From Octopus vulgaris (Eukaryota): a stretch of 64,000 nt of DNA. The stretch spans positions 19,282,001-19,346,000 of the forward strand of contig OX597842.1 in NCBI GenBank assembly GCA_951406725.2, read 5' to 3'. Within the stretch, counting starts at the first letter, position 1. Each line of letters starts with the position of its first letter. The position numbers were made by a program, and so were the translations under genes. The notes under the pieces were generated by a model. That model did no database searches and had not been told where the DNA came from. It was given only the letters and a program-made list of their open reading frames with translations. Positions 1-13,990 of this stretch are shown in pieces.

Positions 1-560
1 AAGCCAGTCAAATGCATATACCTGGTGAAGTCGGTGAAAGCAGAATCCCGGCAAGATGGCCCACCCAACTACAGAGTTATTGTTTCCACTGTGGTAGTAC
101 CACACAAAACAAAGTATCAGGAAAACTGAAGCACCTCAAACGTCAATTAGTAAAATGATAAATGGCATGACCCGCTTTGACTATTGGGGTCAACTAGAGA
201 AGCACAAGCTTAATTCTCTGCAACGTTGCCATGAGCGCTATATCATCTGCATGATGGGGAAAACATTCCATCTGCATTGCCTGAATAATGCCGGCATCTC
301 CTTTAAGATATAACCAAGACTTCTGCCCCGTGCTATCCCCCAACAACATAAATCACACTTGCATCTCATAACAACAATACAGAACTACAATTTCGCATCA
401 AGTGACCCCATTCTCTTTAATATGATATCAAAACACAGCAGATCCCATAAAGTTCAAGAAGTCTTTGGAAAAATTCCTTCGAGAAATCCCGGATAAACCT
501 CCTACACCCAGATATGTCTCTGGAAACAATAACTCTCTATTTGAGTGGGCCATGTTGCCT
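1..560 (+). mobile_element. Degenerate LINE fragment (RT C-terminal region, CR1/L2-like)
   Basis: Piecewise translation gives DYWGQLEKHKLNSLQRCHERY, resembling SYWERLKRLRLCSLERRRERY in the LINE at 3435-5767; stops and frameshifts present. Confidence 0.6.
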
Positions 561-600
561 GAATTCTGCTTCGACTGATTTTTGCCTATCTATATATATA

Positions 601-731
<131 letters not shown>

Positions 732-734
732 GCT

Positions 735-924
735 CTTTTACTCTTTTACTTGCTTCAGTCATATGACTGTGGCCATGCTGGAGCACCGCCTTTAATCAAG
801 CCACTTGACCCCGGGACTTATTCTTTGTAAACCCAGTACTTATTCTATCAGTCTCTTTTGCCAAAACACACCAGCATCGGTTGTCAAGCAATGCTAGGGG
901 GACAAACACAGACACAGAAACATG

Positions 925-976
<52 letters not shown>

Positions 977-1140
977 TACGACGTGCTTCTTTCAGTTTCC
1001 GTCAACCAAATCCACTCTCAAGGCTTTGGTCGGCCCAAGGCTATAGTAGAAGACACTTGCCCAAGGTGCCACGCAGTGCAACTGAACCCGGAACCATGTG
1101 GTTGGTAAACAAGCTACTTACCACACAGCGACTCCTGCGC
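735..1140 (-). mobile_element. tRNA-derived SINE, family A
   Basis: Head GCGCAGGAGTCGCTGTGTGGTAAG, B-box-like GGTTCAGTTGC, internal (TA)n/(TG)n, tail GCTCCAGCATGGCCACAGTC..TGACTGAAGCAAGTAAAAGAG; many similar copies in the window. Confidence 0.85.
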
Positions 1141-1160
1141 CTTATATGTATATATATGTA

Positions 1161-1535
1161 TACTAGCAGTATCACCCGGCGTTGCTCGGGTTTGTAAGGG
1201 AAATAACTATAAAGCATTTTTAGAGAGTTATAGCCCAAAAATAGCAAAAAAATGGGAAAAAAAATTATGGTAAATTTTTTTGATAGTTAAAAAGGTCGAG
1301 TTGCGTCCCCTAGACCATCTGTGGTTTGTGCTTCTGATTGTCGACCCCATGTCAAATTTATCGATCATTTTCAAAACTGGGGGAACATTTCAAAATTTTC
1401 GCTGCGTTAGTTTTGAATTATGACATTGGGCTATGTGTGTGTCAAGTTTCATCAGAATCGGTTGAAAGCCGTGGTCGGGGTGAGGGTACAACCTGACAGA
1501 CACACAGACAGACAAACTGCCGTTTATATAGAGAG
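1161..1535 (-). mobile_element. Non-autonomous Helitron-like element
   Basis: Minus-strand 3' end CCCGAGCAACGCCGGG hairpin followed by CTAG|T; same terminus as the copies ending near 21733, 23923, 25804 and 38205. Confidence 0.7.
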
Positions 1536-1560
1536 AGATATTTATATACATTATATATGT

Positions 1561-1631
<71 letters not shown>

Positions 1632-1874
1632 ATAGAATATAGAATAGTATATCGAATATATAGAATAAGTACTTGGCTTACAAAGAATAATTCTCGGGGT
1701 CGAGTTGCTCGACTAAAGGCGGTGCTCCAGCATGGCCGCAATCAAATGACTGAAACAAGTAAAATGAGTATATACACACACACACACACCAAACTACTCA
1801 AAGCAACATAAGTTCCCACTGCCTCCTTTAAAGTAGTTTATATGTATATATCCATAATACGTGTGTATATGCAT

Positions 1875-3113
1875 GTATGTATATATGCGTTTGTGTGTGT
1901 GTAAATGATACCTTAAATTATAGGGGGATGTTTTGGTTGTGCATGGGATCATAATACCCCCACATTCAGCCTGCGATTCACACTGGCCCTGGATACTCTG
2001 CCAGCCCTTGTCTCTGGATCATGTCAATAGGATGGAAAGGATCTGTGAGGGGTCAGCCAAGCCTTATTGGATTTAAAATTGGAGGTTATACAATCGCTAG
2101 GCGACAGTCATTTACGACGCCCGATCAATTTGGAAGGCACTGTGGGGGGCATGAAAGCCACAACTGCGAATCACAATAAAGGCATCCGTGAACACTATAC
2201 TACTTAGAACGGTCCTTGCAGACATTTCACATGGGTGATGGTCAGTAATGGTCTTCTTTGCTCAACAGTAGATAGCCGTCATCATCATCACCATATATAC
2301 ATTAATACATATATATATATACATGGAGATGTCATGTTTACATATATATATAACTATAGACAATCATACATACAAAACTAAATCCAAACATAGGTATATA
2401 CACACTCACACACATTCACACACACACACATAAACAACTACATACTTAAATACAAATAGAACTGTATACATACACTCACATACACGTAATTATCTGCATA
2501 TATGTACATATACATGTGAAGGCGCATGGCTTAGTGGTTAGAGCGTCGAGGTTACGATCGTGAGGTTGTGAGCTCGAATCCCGGACCGGGCTGCGTGTTG
2601 TGTTCTTGAGCAAGACACTTTATTTCACGTTGCTCCAGTTCACTCAACTGTAGAAATGAGTTGCGACGTCACGAGTGCCAAGCTGTATCGGCCCCTTTGC
2701 CTTTCCCTTGGATAGCACTGGTGGCGTGGAGAGAGGGAGGCCGGTATGCATGGGCAACTGCTGGTCTTCCATAAACAACCATGCCCAGACTTGTGACTAG
2801 GAGGGTAACTTCCTAGGTACAATCCCATGGTCAGTGTCGTGACCAAAGGGGGTCCCGGATCCCGGATGTACATATACATAGCTATTTGCGTACCACCTAT
2901 TTGTTGCACAATGTAAGATTCGTTCAAATGCTGACTCACTATTTCTTTTCTTTCACAATTCAAAAGAAACTAAAAAATATCTCAATCTTTTCTTATTATG
3001 TCTCTGCATCACTGAACTTATAACTCAAAACAAACTTGTCTTTATTCTAACCTTAGGTCACCCTTTTGTGTGAATTTAGAAAAATATGTAAAACCGAAAT
3101 ACATATACACCCA
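1875..3113. repeat. Left arm of ~1.25 kb inverted duplication (partner 11791-13058)
   Basis: Reverse-complement match along the whole length, including an embedded SINE. Confidence 0.9.
2518..2855 (+). mobile_element. tRNA-derived SINE, family C
   Basis: GGCGCATGGCTTAGTGGTTAGAGCG A-box and GAGCTCGAATCCC B-box-like motif, then TTGAGCAAGACACTT core; inverted copy at ~12050-12385. Confidence 0.8.
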
Positions 3114-3434
3114 GACTTATTCCCCAATTTATCAATCTGTCTATACATACATGCATACATTCATATAAAATATATATGTATATATATATATTGAATATAT
3201 ATCAATATATATATGTATGTATGTATGTATGTTTATATATATATATATATAATATTAGTAAGTATATCCAAACTCACAGGGAAAAATTAGATTTAGGATT
3301 AAATCAAATTTCACAGTATAAACATACATTAAATTAGAGATAAAACCACTATTATGCAAATCAATCAGTGATAGACATAAACCAAAACATAAAAAAACAA
3401 AAAATAAATATAATTAATATAATATATAAAATAT

Positions 3435-5767
3435 TATTTTTTTATCTAGTTTCAGCTCACAAGCTGTGGCCATGCTGGGGCACCACCATTTGGTGTTGCT
3501 ACATGATTTTACTTCACGAATGCTTTTTAGCATTGCCATTTGGTGCATGAGAGAGTTCGATGCAGCTGCCCTCCTCTGCACCTCCTGCCGTGAAGTTGGT
3601 TCATCTGGGACACCTGACAAGAAGAGATCCAGTTTTATTTTAAAGACATCTGCATCCACCCAATACAGGTCTCTCAGGTTCTTCGGGAGGATATTGAAGA
3701 TTTGTGGGCCTCTGAAGCCCAGGCTATCACAGTTTCTTGTCCTACATCTTGATGGCAAATTTGGAGTCCTTGGCACTATGCAGTGGCGCCCAGTTTTGGC
3801 ATTTGTGTAACTCTCGATGCCAAAGTTTGGGACAAGTCCCTCCAGGATCTTCCAGATGTATATTATGGCATATCTTTCTCGCCTACGCTCTAAGGAACAG
3901 AGTCTCAATCTCTTGAGTCTTTCCCAATAGCTTATATGCTGCACAGAGGCTATCTTCTTCGTGTAGCTTCGTTGGATCGCCTCAAGTTCTGTGATTAACT
4001 TGACACTGGATGGTGACCATAGCTGAGAGCAATAATCAAAGTGGCTTAGGACAAGTGTCCTCCAGAGGACTATCATGGTTTCCTGGTCTCTTGTTCTAAA
4101 GGTTCTAAGAATCCATCCGGTCAGCCGCCTACATTTCATTGCCAATTTAGCAACATGCACATGAAAGGTTGCATCATCACTCATGTGAATACCCAGGTCT
4201 CGCACTGATTGTGCCTCTGGGATTGCAATCCCTCCAGGTCCACTGTATTTATTGGGTATTGCATTTAGTTTTGCATGCTGATAGCATAAAGCTTGAAACT
4301 TTTCAGCATTGAACTGCATGCTATTCTTTTCAGCCCACTTGTATATTTTCTCCAGCTCACATTGCAGGTTCTTAGTGTCTTCAGGGTTCTGTATTGCCTG
4401 TGAAACTTTTGTATCATCTGCATAACTTGTGATCATGGATCTCTGCATGGCTGAGGGCATGTCTGAGAGGGCCATTATGAACAGTAGTGCTCCCAAAACA
4501 GTGCCTTGCGGAACACCGCTCACTATTTGACCACTACTACCACCTGACTTCTATCCTTCAGAAAGTCATGAAGCCATTATCCCAATTTTACAACTATGCC
4601 AAAATCACGCAGTTTGTGACATATCATTCCATGATCAACTTTATCAAAGGCCTTTGCAAAGTCGAGATATATGACTTCCACATTTGAGTGGTTGAGCAGT
4701 CATTTCAGCACCCAGTCATAGTGTTGTAGGAGCTGAGTTAAGCAGCTTCTTCCTGGTCGGAAACCATGTTGGGTGTCAGGCAACAAGTCATTTTCTTCAA
4801 GGAAGGTGATTAGTTTCCTTCTGACTATTCGTTCCATGATCTTGCTGATGTGTGAGGTCAGAGAGATAGGTCTGTAGTTCTTGGCCTCCGCTCTGCTACC
4901 TCCTTTATGAATAGGGCATATTTTACCTTCCTTCAGTTTTCTTGGAAGTTTGCCAGTTGCAAGGAAGCTCTGAAAGAGGAACTGCAGTGGTCTTGCTAGG
5001 ACTCTCTTACATACTTTTAGAAGGATTGCTGGGAATCCATCTGGGCCAGTAGCTGAGTTTGTTTTCATTTCATCTATAGCCTTTATTACATCGTCTTCCT
5101 TTATATTGATGTAATCAATCATCGCTGCCTCTGATTTTATATCTGCAGTGGTAAAGAAGTCAGTTGGATTGCTGAATTGAAAATGCCCTTGGGGTGGCAA
5201 GAAAATACTCTTGAATTGCTCATTTAGTATTTCACTTACCCTCATTGGATTTCCTGTGAGTGTGCCATCCTTTTCAAGGAGTGGCCCTATCCTACAGTGC
5301 ACCGTAGCTGTTTCTTTGGCATACTTGTAGAAAGCTCTGGGGTTAGATTTTATGTTGTCTATAGCCCAGGCTTCTTTGTTTGCTTTTTCTTTTTCACGGG
5401 AGTGTTGCAGACATTTTTATTTTCAGGCGGGACTTTTCACTGCTTTCAATTTGTTTGTTTAGGCGATTTGAAACTTTTGTACGCCGTCTCATTAGAATTT
5501 TCCTCTCTCTGGGGATTTTGCTCTTGTGTACAGTGGCCTTTCTTTCTGGGACACATTTGTAGCATATGGCTTGCATTACAGACATGAATTGTTGAAGTTT
5601 CATGTCGATGTCTGGCGAGGAGAGACATTCAGGTCAGTTTTGTTTGAGGATCTCTTTCTCAATTTGTTTCCAGTTTGCCTTATGGAAGTTCAAGCTGGAA
5701 AGATTCTGAGAGTTTCTTGTAGGCTGCATGTCCATGCTTTCCTTTGGCCCGTACATGGTCAGCTCTT
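3435..5767 (-). mobile_element. 5'-truncated, disabled LINE (CR1/L2-type reverse transcriptase)
   Basis: RT motifs ATGPDG, NYRPISLTS, QHGFRPGRSC, YLDFAKAFDKVDH, GVPQGTVLG, YADDTK; in-frame stop at 4700 plus frameshifts; flanked by 10-bp TSD TATAAAATAT (3425-3434, 5768-5777). Confidence 0.92.
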
Positions 5768-6246
5768 TATAAAATATAAAATTTAAATTAATAAATTTTT
5801 AATTTTTAAATTTATACTCATAATTTATTTTATTTTTATATTTTAAATTTTAAATTTATAAATTTTTAAAACTTTTAATTTTTTTCAAAATATCAAATAG
5901 TATTAAAAATTTTAATATAATACAATAAGTAATATAATAAGTAAAAACATATTACTTATTACTTCTTACTTATTATATTAAACACTTTAATACTTTTCGA
6001 TAGTTTAAGAAAAAAAAATTAAATTTTAAAAAAATTTATAAATTTAAAACTTAAATATAAAAATCTATAAATATGAATTATAAAATTTCAAACTTTAAAT
6101 TTTAGATTTTATATATATTTTGTATATTAATTATATTTATTCTTTGTTTTTTATGTTTTGGTTTATGTGTATCACTGTTTGATTTGCATAATAGTGGTTT
6201 TATCTCTAATTTAATTTATATATATATGTATATATATGTATGTATA

Positions 6247-6475
6247 CTCTTTACTCTTTACTTGTTTCAGTCATTTGACTATGGCCATGCTAGAGCACCG
6301 CCTTAAGTCGAGCAAATCGACCCCAGGACTTATTCTTTGTAAGCCCAGTACTTATTCTATCGGTCTCTTTTGCCGAACCGCTAGGTGACGGGGACGTAAA
6401 CACACCAGCATTTGTTGTCAAGCAATGCTAGGGGGACAAACACAGACATACAAACACATATACACACACATATGT

Positions 6476-6507
<32 letters not shown>

Positions 6508-7030
6508 TTAACGTCCGCTTTCCATGCTAGCATGTGTTGGACGGTTCAACTGGGGTCTGGGAGCCCGAAAGCTGCACCAGTCCAGTCAGATCTGGCAGTG
6601 TTTCTACAGCTGGATGCCCTTCCTAACGCCAACCACTCCGAGAGTGTAGTGGGTGATTTTATGTGCCACCGACACAGGTGCCAGACGAGGCTGGCAAACG
6701 GCCACGCTCGGATGGTGTTTTTTATGTGCCACCGACACAGGTGCCAGACGAGGCTGGCAGACGGCCACGCTCGGATGGTGTTTTTTATGTGCCACCGACA
6801 CAGGTGCCAGACGAGGCTGGCAGACGGCCACGCTCGGATGGTGTTTTTATGTGCCACCGACACATACGACAGGCTTCTTTCAGTTTCCGTCTACCAAATC
6901 CACTCACAAGGCATTGGTCGGCCCGGGTCTATAGCAGAAGACACTTGCCCAAGATGCCACGCAGTGGGACTGAACCCGGAACCATGTGGTTGGTTAGCAA
7001 GCTACTTACCACACAGCCACTCCTGCGCCT
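6247..7030 (-). mobile_element. SINE family A interrupted by an RTE 3' end (6476-6860); duplicated at 8404-9187
   Basis: SINE head at ~7030 and tail at ~6250; insert has a (CAT)n tail and ~60-bp tandem repeats. Confidence 0.85.
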
Positions 7031-7674
7031 ATGTAAATATGTATATATATATATATATCTTTTAACTTTTTACTCTTTTACTTGTTTCAGTCATTTGAAT
7101 GCGGCCATGCTGGAGCACCGCCTTTAATCGAGCAACTCAACCCTGGGACTTATTCTTTTGTAAGCCCAGTACTTATTCTATCGCTCTCTTTTGCTGAACC
7201 GCTAAGTAACAGGGACATAAACACACCAGCATCGGCTGTCAAGCAATGCTAGGGCGACAAACCACTATTATGCAAATCAAACAGTGATAGACGTAAACCA
7301 AAACATAAAAAACAAAAAAGTAAATATAATTAACATAATATACAAAATATATATAAAATATAAAATTTAAATTATTAAATTTTAAAGTTATAAATTTTTA
7401 AAACTTAAAAATTTTTTTTTTATTTTCAAATTTTATTAAAAGTTTCATATAATATACTAAGTAATATAATAAGTAAAAGCATATTAATTATTACTTATTA
7501 CTTACTATATTATATTGAAATTTTTAATAATTTTTAATAGTTTAAGAAAAAAATTAAGTTTTAAAAATTTATAAATTTAAAATTTAAAATATAAAAATAT
7601 AAAAATCTATAAATATGAATTTTAAATTTTAAATTTTATATTTGATATATATATTATGTATATTATATTAATTG

Positions 7675-7960
7675 TGAGGGCGCGTGGCTTAGTGGTTAGG
7701 GCATTCGGCTCATGATCGTAAGGTTGTGAGTTCGATTCCCGGCGACGCGTTGTGTCCTTGAGCAAGACACTTTATTTCACGTTGCTCCAGTCCACTCAGC
7801 TGGCAAAAATGAGTTGTACTTGTATTTCAAAGGGTCAGCCTTGTCACTCTCTGTGTCACGCTGATTATCCCCGAGAACTACGTTAAGGGTACACGTGTCT
7901 GTGGAATGCTCAGCCATTTGCACGTAAATTTAATAAAGCTGTTCCGTTGATTGTATCAAT
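7675..7960 (+). mobile_element. tRNA-derived SINE, family C (complete copy at 9832-10150)
   Basis: GGCGCGTGGCTTAGTGGTTAGGGC A-box, GAGTTCGATTCCC B-box, TTGAGCAAGACACTT core. Confidence 0.85.
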
Positions 7961-8632
7961 TTGTTAAATTTATACTCATAATTTATTTTATTTTTATATT
8001 TTAAATTTTAAATTTATAAATTTTTAAAACTTTTAATTTTTTTCAAAATATCAAATAGTATTAAAAATTTTAATATAATACAATAAGTAATATAATAAGT
8101 AAAAACATATTACTTTTACTTCTTACTTATTATATTAAACACTTTAATACTTTTCGATAGTTTAAGAAAAAAAAATTAAATTTTAAAAAAATTTATAAAT
8201 TTAAAACTTAAATATAAAAATCTATAAATATGAATTATAAAATTTCAAACTTTAAATTTTAGATTTTATATATATTTTGTATATTAATTATATTTATTCT
8301 TTGTTTTTTATGTTTTGGTTTATGTGTATCACTGTTTGATTTGCATAATAGTGGTTTTATCTCTAATTTAATTTATATATATATGTATATATATGTATGT
8401 ATACTCTTTACTCTTTACTTGTTTCAGTCATTTGACTATGGCCATGCTAGAGCACCGCCTTAAGTCGAGCAAATCGACCCCAGGACTTATTCTTTGTAAG
8501 CCCAGTACTTATTCTATCGGTCTCTTTTGCCGAACCGCTAGGTGACGGGGACGTAAACACACCAGCATTGGTTGTCAAGCAATGCTAGGGGGACAAACAC
8601 AGACATACAAACACATATACACACACATATGT

Positions 8633-8664
<32 letters not shown>

Positions 8665-10255
8665 TTAACGTCCGCTTTCCATGCTAGCATGTGTTGGACG
8701 GTTCAACTGGGGTCTGGGAGCCCGAAAGCTGCACCAGTCCAGTCAGATCTGGCAGTGTTTCTACAGCTGGATGCCCTTCCTAACGCCAACCACTCCGAGA
8801 GTGTAGTGGGTGATTTTATGTGCCACCGACACAGGTGCCAGACGAGGCTGGCAAACGGCCACGCTCGGATGGTGTTTTTTATGTGCCACCGACACAGGTG
8901 CCAGACGAGGCTGGCAGACGGCCACGCTCGGATGGTGTTTTTTATGTGCCACCGACACAGGTGCCAGACGAGGCTGGCAGACGGCCACGCTCGGATGGTG
9001 TTTTTATGTGCCACCGACACATACGACAGGCTTCTTTCAGTTTCCGTCTACCAAATCCACTCACAAGGCATTGGTCGGCCCGGGTCTATAGCAGAAGACA
9101 CTTGCCCAAGATGCCACGCAGTGGGACTGAACCCGGAACCATGTGGTTGGTTAGCAAGCTACTTACCACACAGCCACTCCTGCGCCTATGTAAATATGTA
9201 TATATATATATATATCTTTTAACTTTTTACTCTTTTACTTGTTTCAGTCATTTGACTGCGGCCATGCTGGAGCACCGCCTTTAATCGAGCAACTCAACCC
9301 TGGGACTTATTCTTTTGTAAGCCCAGTACTTATTCTATCGCTCTCTTTTGCTGAACCGCTAAGTAACAGGGACATAAACACACCAGCATCGGCTGTCAAG
9401 CAATGCTAGGGCGACAAACCACTATTATGCAAATCAAACAGTGATAGACGTAAACCAAAACATAAAAAACAAAAAGTAAATATAATTAACATAATATACA
9501 AAATATATATAAAATATAAAATTTAAATTATTAAATTTTAAAGTTATAAATTTTTAAAACTTAAAAATTTTTTTTTTATTTTCAAATTGTATTAAAAAGT
9601 TTCATATAATATACTAAGTAATATAATAAGTAAAAGCATATTAATTATTACTTATTACTTACTATATTATATTGAAATTTTTAATAATTTTTAATAGTTT
9701 AAGAAAAAAATTAAGTTTTAAAAATTTATAAATTTAAAATTTAAAATATAAAAATATAAAAATCTATAAATATGAATTTTAAATTTTAAATTTTATATTT
9801 GATATATATATTATGTATATTATATTAATTGTGAGGGCGCGTGGCTTAGTGGTTAGGGCATTCGGCTCATGATCGTAAGGTTGTGAGTTCGATTCCCGGC
9901 GACGCGTTGTGTCCTTGAGCAAGACACTTTATTTCACGTTGCTCCAGTCCACTCAGCTGGCAAAAATGAGTTGTACTTGTATTTCAAAGGGTCAGCCTTG
10001 TCACTCTCTGTGTCACGCTGATTATCCCCGAGAACTACGTTAAGGGTACACGTGTCTGTGGAATGCTCAGCCATTTGCACGTTAATTTCACGAGCAAGCT
10101 GTTCCGTTGATTGTATCAGCTGGGACCCTTGTCGTCGTAACCGGCGGAGTCTTTAATTATATTAACTATATTTATTTGTTGTTTTTTATGTTTTGGTTTA
10201 TGTCTATCACTGTTTAATATGCATAATAGAGGTTTTATCTCTAATTTAATTTATA

Positions 10256-10286
<31 letters not shown>

Positions 10287-10415
10287 GTGTATATACATAT
10301 ATACATATATTCAAAACGTGCATACACGCAACAAAACACACACATGACCAGATACACATCTGCACGTAAAACCGAAATATATATAAGCTCACACATATCC
10401 ACCAATTTATCAATC

Positions 10416-10460
<45 letters not shown>

Positions 10461-10476
10461 ATATATATATGTATGT

Positions 10477-10508
<32 letters not shown>

Positions 10509-10509
10509 T

Positions 10510-10591
<82 letters not shown>

Positions 10592-10930
10592 TATATATAT
10601 GTATGTATGTATGTATATAAAAGAAGGTTTGAAAATGCAATTTTAAAAGGTGTTTAAAAGGTGATAATTTCTTGTAGCTTTGATTATTATCGTTATTTTC
10701 TTTAATTGAAAAAAGCAAAGCAAAACAAATACATGATTTGTGTACACATTTGGTGGCTAATGTGTTGTAATATGGATTACGGAATGTTTGAATTTGCAGC
10801 TGAAAGTAAACACCTTTAAAAATTGCGTTTTCAAACCTTCTTTCATATATATTTCCACTCGTGCGGTATCTTAGAACCTCACTTTCTTATTTATATAAAT
10901 ATATATACATACATAGATACATACATACAT

Positions 10931-10987
<57 letters not shown>

Positions 10988-11144
10988 TATATACATAGAT
11001 ATATATATATATGTATATATATACATATACATAGATGATATATATATATATATATATACTTTTATATGAATATACATGCATATATATACATACACATATA
11101 TACATACATAGATAAATACATACACACACATGCACACATACACA

Positions 11145-11244
<100 letters not shown>

Positions 11245-11264
11245 TATGTATGTATATATGTGTG

Positions 11265-11679
11265 TATGTATGTATGTATATAATTTATATCCATTTAAAA
11301 GAAGAAAATTAAACAAGATCGATCCTCATAACATCCAAAAGAACATGTTTTCAATTTGATGAAATTATACACATGTCACATAGATGTAAATTTAATCTAT
11401 AAATTTGTAATAATTTCTCGAAATAGCTGTCAGCAGCAAAGATGACCAATTTGATAACAAAAAGTATTAAATTCCTTATCTCTAATTTCTTTATTTCTTT
11501 TAAATGAATATAAACCATGTGCTTAATAAGATCTATATATAATATATATGCTTAATATAGATCCAATGTTTTAAGGGAATTTCATTCTGCCCAAATTTTA
11601 GGTATTAAATCAGTATTTCCTTGAATACTACTATCCCTTCAAAAGGCTAACATATCCCCTAATTATATGCATACATATA

Positions 11680-11724
<45 letters not shown>

Positions 11725-11875
11725 GTGTTAAATACATTATAGGTATATACATATATATATATATTATATGAATGTATGCATGTATGTATGTGGGCGTATA
11801 TGTATTTTGGTTTTACATATTTTTCTAAATTCACACAAAAGGGTGACCTAAGGTTAGAATAAAGACAAGTTTGTT
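11265..11875. repeat. ~0.6 kb direct repeat (partner 16685-17320), Penelope-like relic
   Basis: Colinear similarity, e.g. GATCGATCCTCATAACATCCAAAAGAACATG vs GATCGGTCCTCATAACATCCAAAAGAACATG. Confidence 0.85.
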
Positions 11876-13058
11876 TTGAGTTATAAGTTCAGTGATGCAG
11901 AGACATAATAAGAAAAGATTGAGATATTTTTTAGTTTCTTTTGAATTGTGAAAGAAAAGAAATAGTGAGTCACCATTCGAATGAATCTTACATTGTGCAA
12001 CAAATAGGTGGTACGCAAATAGCTATGTATATGTACATCCGGGATCCGGGACCCCCTTTGGTCACGACACTGACCATGTGATTGCACCTAGAAAGTTACC
12101 CTCCTAGTCACAAGTCTGGGCATGGTTGTTTATGGAAGACCAGCAGTCGCCCATGCATACCGGCCTCCCCTCTCCTCACCACCAGTGTTATCCAAGGGGA
12201 AGGCAAAGGCCGATACAGCTTGGCACTCGTGACGTCGCAACTCATTTCTACAGCTGAGTGAACTGGAGCAACGTGAAATAAAGTGTCTTGCTCAAGAACA
12301 CAACACGCAGCCCGGTCCGGGATTCGAGCTCACAACCTCACGATCGTAAGCTCGACGCTCTAACCACTGAGCTATGCACCTTCACATGTATATGTACATA
12401 TATGCAGATAATTACGTGTATGTGTGTGTATGTATACAGTTCTATTTGTATTTAAGTATGTAGTTGTTTATGTGTGTGTGTGAATGTGTGTGAGTGTGTA
12501 TATACCTATGTTTGGATTTAGTTTTGTATGTATGATTGTCTATAGTTATGTATATATGTAACCATGAATTCATCACGTATGTATATATGTATTTATGTGT
12601 ATATACATGTATTTATGTATATATATATTTAAGTATATATGGTGATGATGATGATGGCTATCCACTCTTGAGCAAAGAAGACCATTACTGACCATCACCC
12701 ATGTGAAATGTCTGCAAGGACTGTTCTAAGTCGTACAGTGTTCACGGATGCCTTTATTGTGATTCGCAGTTGTGGCTTTCATGCTCCCCACAGTGCCCTC
12801 CAGATTGATCGGGCATCGTAAATGACTGTCGCCTAGCGATTGTATAACCTCCAATTTTAAATCCAATAAGGCTTGGCTGACCCCTCACAGATACTTTCCA
12901 CCCTATTGACATGATCCAGTGACAAGGGCTGGCAGAGTATCCAGGGCCAATGTGAATCGAAGGCTGAATGTGAGGGCATTATGCTCCTATGCACATGCAA
13001 AACATCCCCTATTATTTAAGGTGTCATTTACACACACACAAACACCTATATACATATA
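11791..13058. repeat. Right arm of inverted duplication (partner 1875-3113)
   Basis: Reverse-complement match. Confidence 0.9.
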
Positions 13059-13149
13059 TCACAAGCCAAGTCAAAAGCAGATACAAGAGATTGCAGACCA
13101 GTTTCAGAATGACTGACACCATCACAATCGTCAGCATATAAAAGTGGTG

Positions 13150-13293
13150 GTAAGTAGCTTACTTAGGAAACACATGGTTCCGGGTTCATTTCCACTGCGT
13201 GGCACATTGAGCGAGTGTCTTCTGCTATAGCCTCGGGCTGACCAAAGCTTTGTGAGTGGATTTGGTAGACGTAAACTGAAAGAAGCCCGTCGT

Positions 13294-13329
<36 letters not shown>

Positions 13330-13460
13330 ATGTTTGTGTGTTGTGTTTGTCCACCCCAACATCGCTTGACAACTGATGCTGGTGTGTTTACATCCCCGAA
13401 AAGAGACCATAGAATAAGTACTAGGCTTACAAAGAATAAGTCCTGAAAAAAGTAAAAGAG
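13150..13460 (+). mobile_element. SINE family A (internally deleted)
   Basis: GGTAAGTAGCTT...GGTTCCGGGTTCA...GTGAGTGGATTTGGTAGAC core. Confidence 0.8.
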
Positions 13461-13649
13461 TATATATATATATATATATATATATAAAAGGAAATGAAGA
13501 AAATGCTGACAAAATAATTTAAGTAATTTAATTAGTTGAAAGTTGTTTTTACCGGTTGCGCATTTGTTATGCTTATCAAAAGATGTTTTTTAAGAGAGAT
13601 AGAGTTACTTTCTGATAGATTTTTTGCTCTCGTGTTCCACATCTCCTTT

Positions 13650-13696
<47 letters not shown>

Positions 13697-13744
13697 CATA
13701 TATACATGCATACATACATTCATATATATATATATATATATATA

Positions 13745-13990
13745 TCACGTGATCACGTGACCGACCAGACCATCAGATTTTGCTACACATCGCTGGTCTA
13801 AATGCGTTCGCATTGTTTTAGCCTTCAAACGACGCCACCCCGCTGGCTAAGCAAGCAGGCCAACAGAAGAAAGTGTGGGAGAAAGAGTGGTGAAAGAGTA
13901 CTGCAGGGATCCCCCCCTGCCGGAACCTCATGGCGCTTTTAGGGGTTTTCGCTCAAAAAACACACACAACGCCCGGACCATTGCGCCTTC
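13745..13990 (-). mobile_element. tRNA-derived SINE, family B
   Basis: Reverse complement of the family at 58670-58968. Confidence 0.8.

Larger units (their letters stand above)
5806..10119. repeat. Near-identical tandem duplication, ~2157-bp unit x2
   Basis: Identical ORFs offset by 2157 (6546/8703, 6663/8820); unit = AT-rich arm + SINE A + RTE tail + AT-rich arm + SINE C. Confidence 0.95.

Noticed and set aside
3414-4523. 369-aa RT ORF as an active retroelement
   Set aside because: Upstream stops, frameshifts and 5' truncation show the copy is dead
6655-6860. Regularly spaced repeats resembling a CRISPR array (also 22248-22728)
   Set aside because: Whole units repeat with no unique spacers; eukaryotic context; no cas genes
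6412-7127. 217-aa and 154-aa ORFs with repeated peptides
   Set aside because: Read-through of SINE, (CAT)n and antisense RTE 3' UTR repeats
7675-7750. tRNA-like sequences (also 2518, 9832, 25904, 58670)
   Set aside because: SINE heads: followed by conserved SINE bodies, with no convincing full cloverleaf or poly-T terminator
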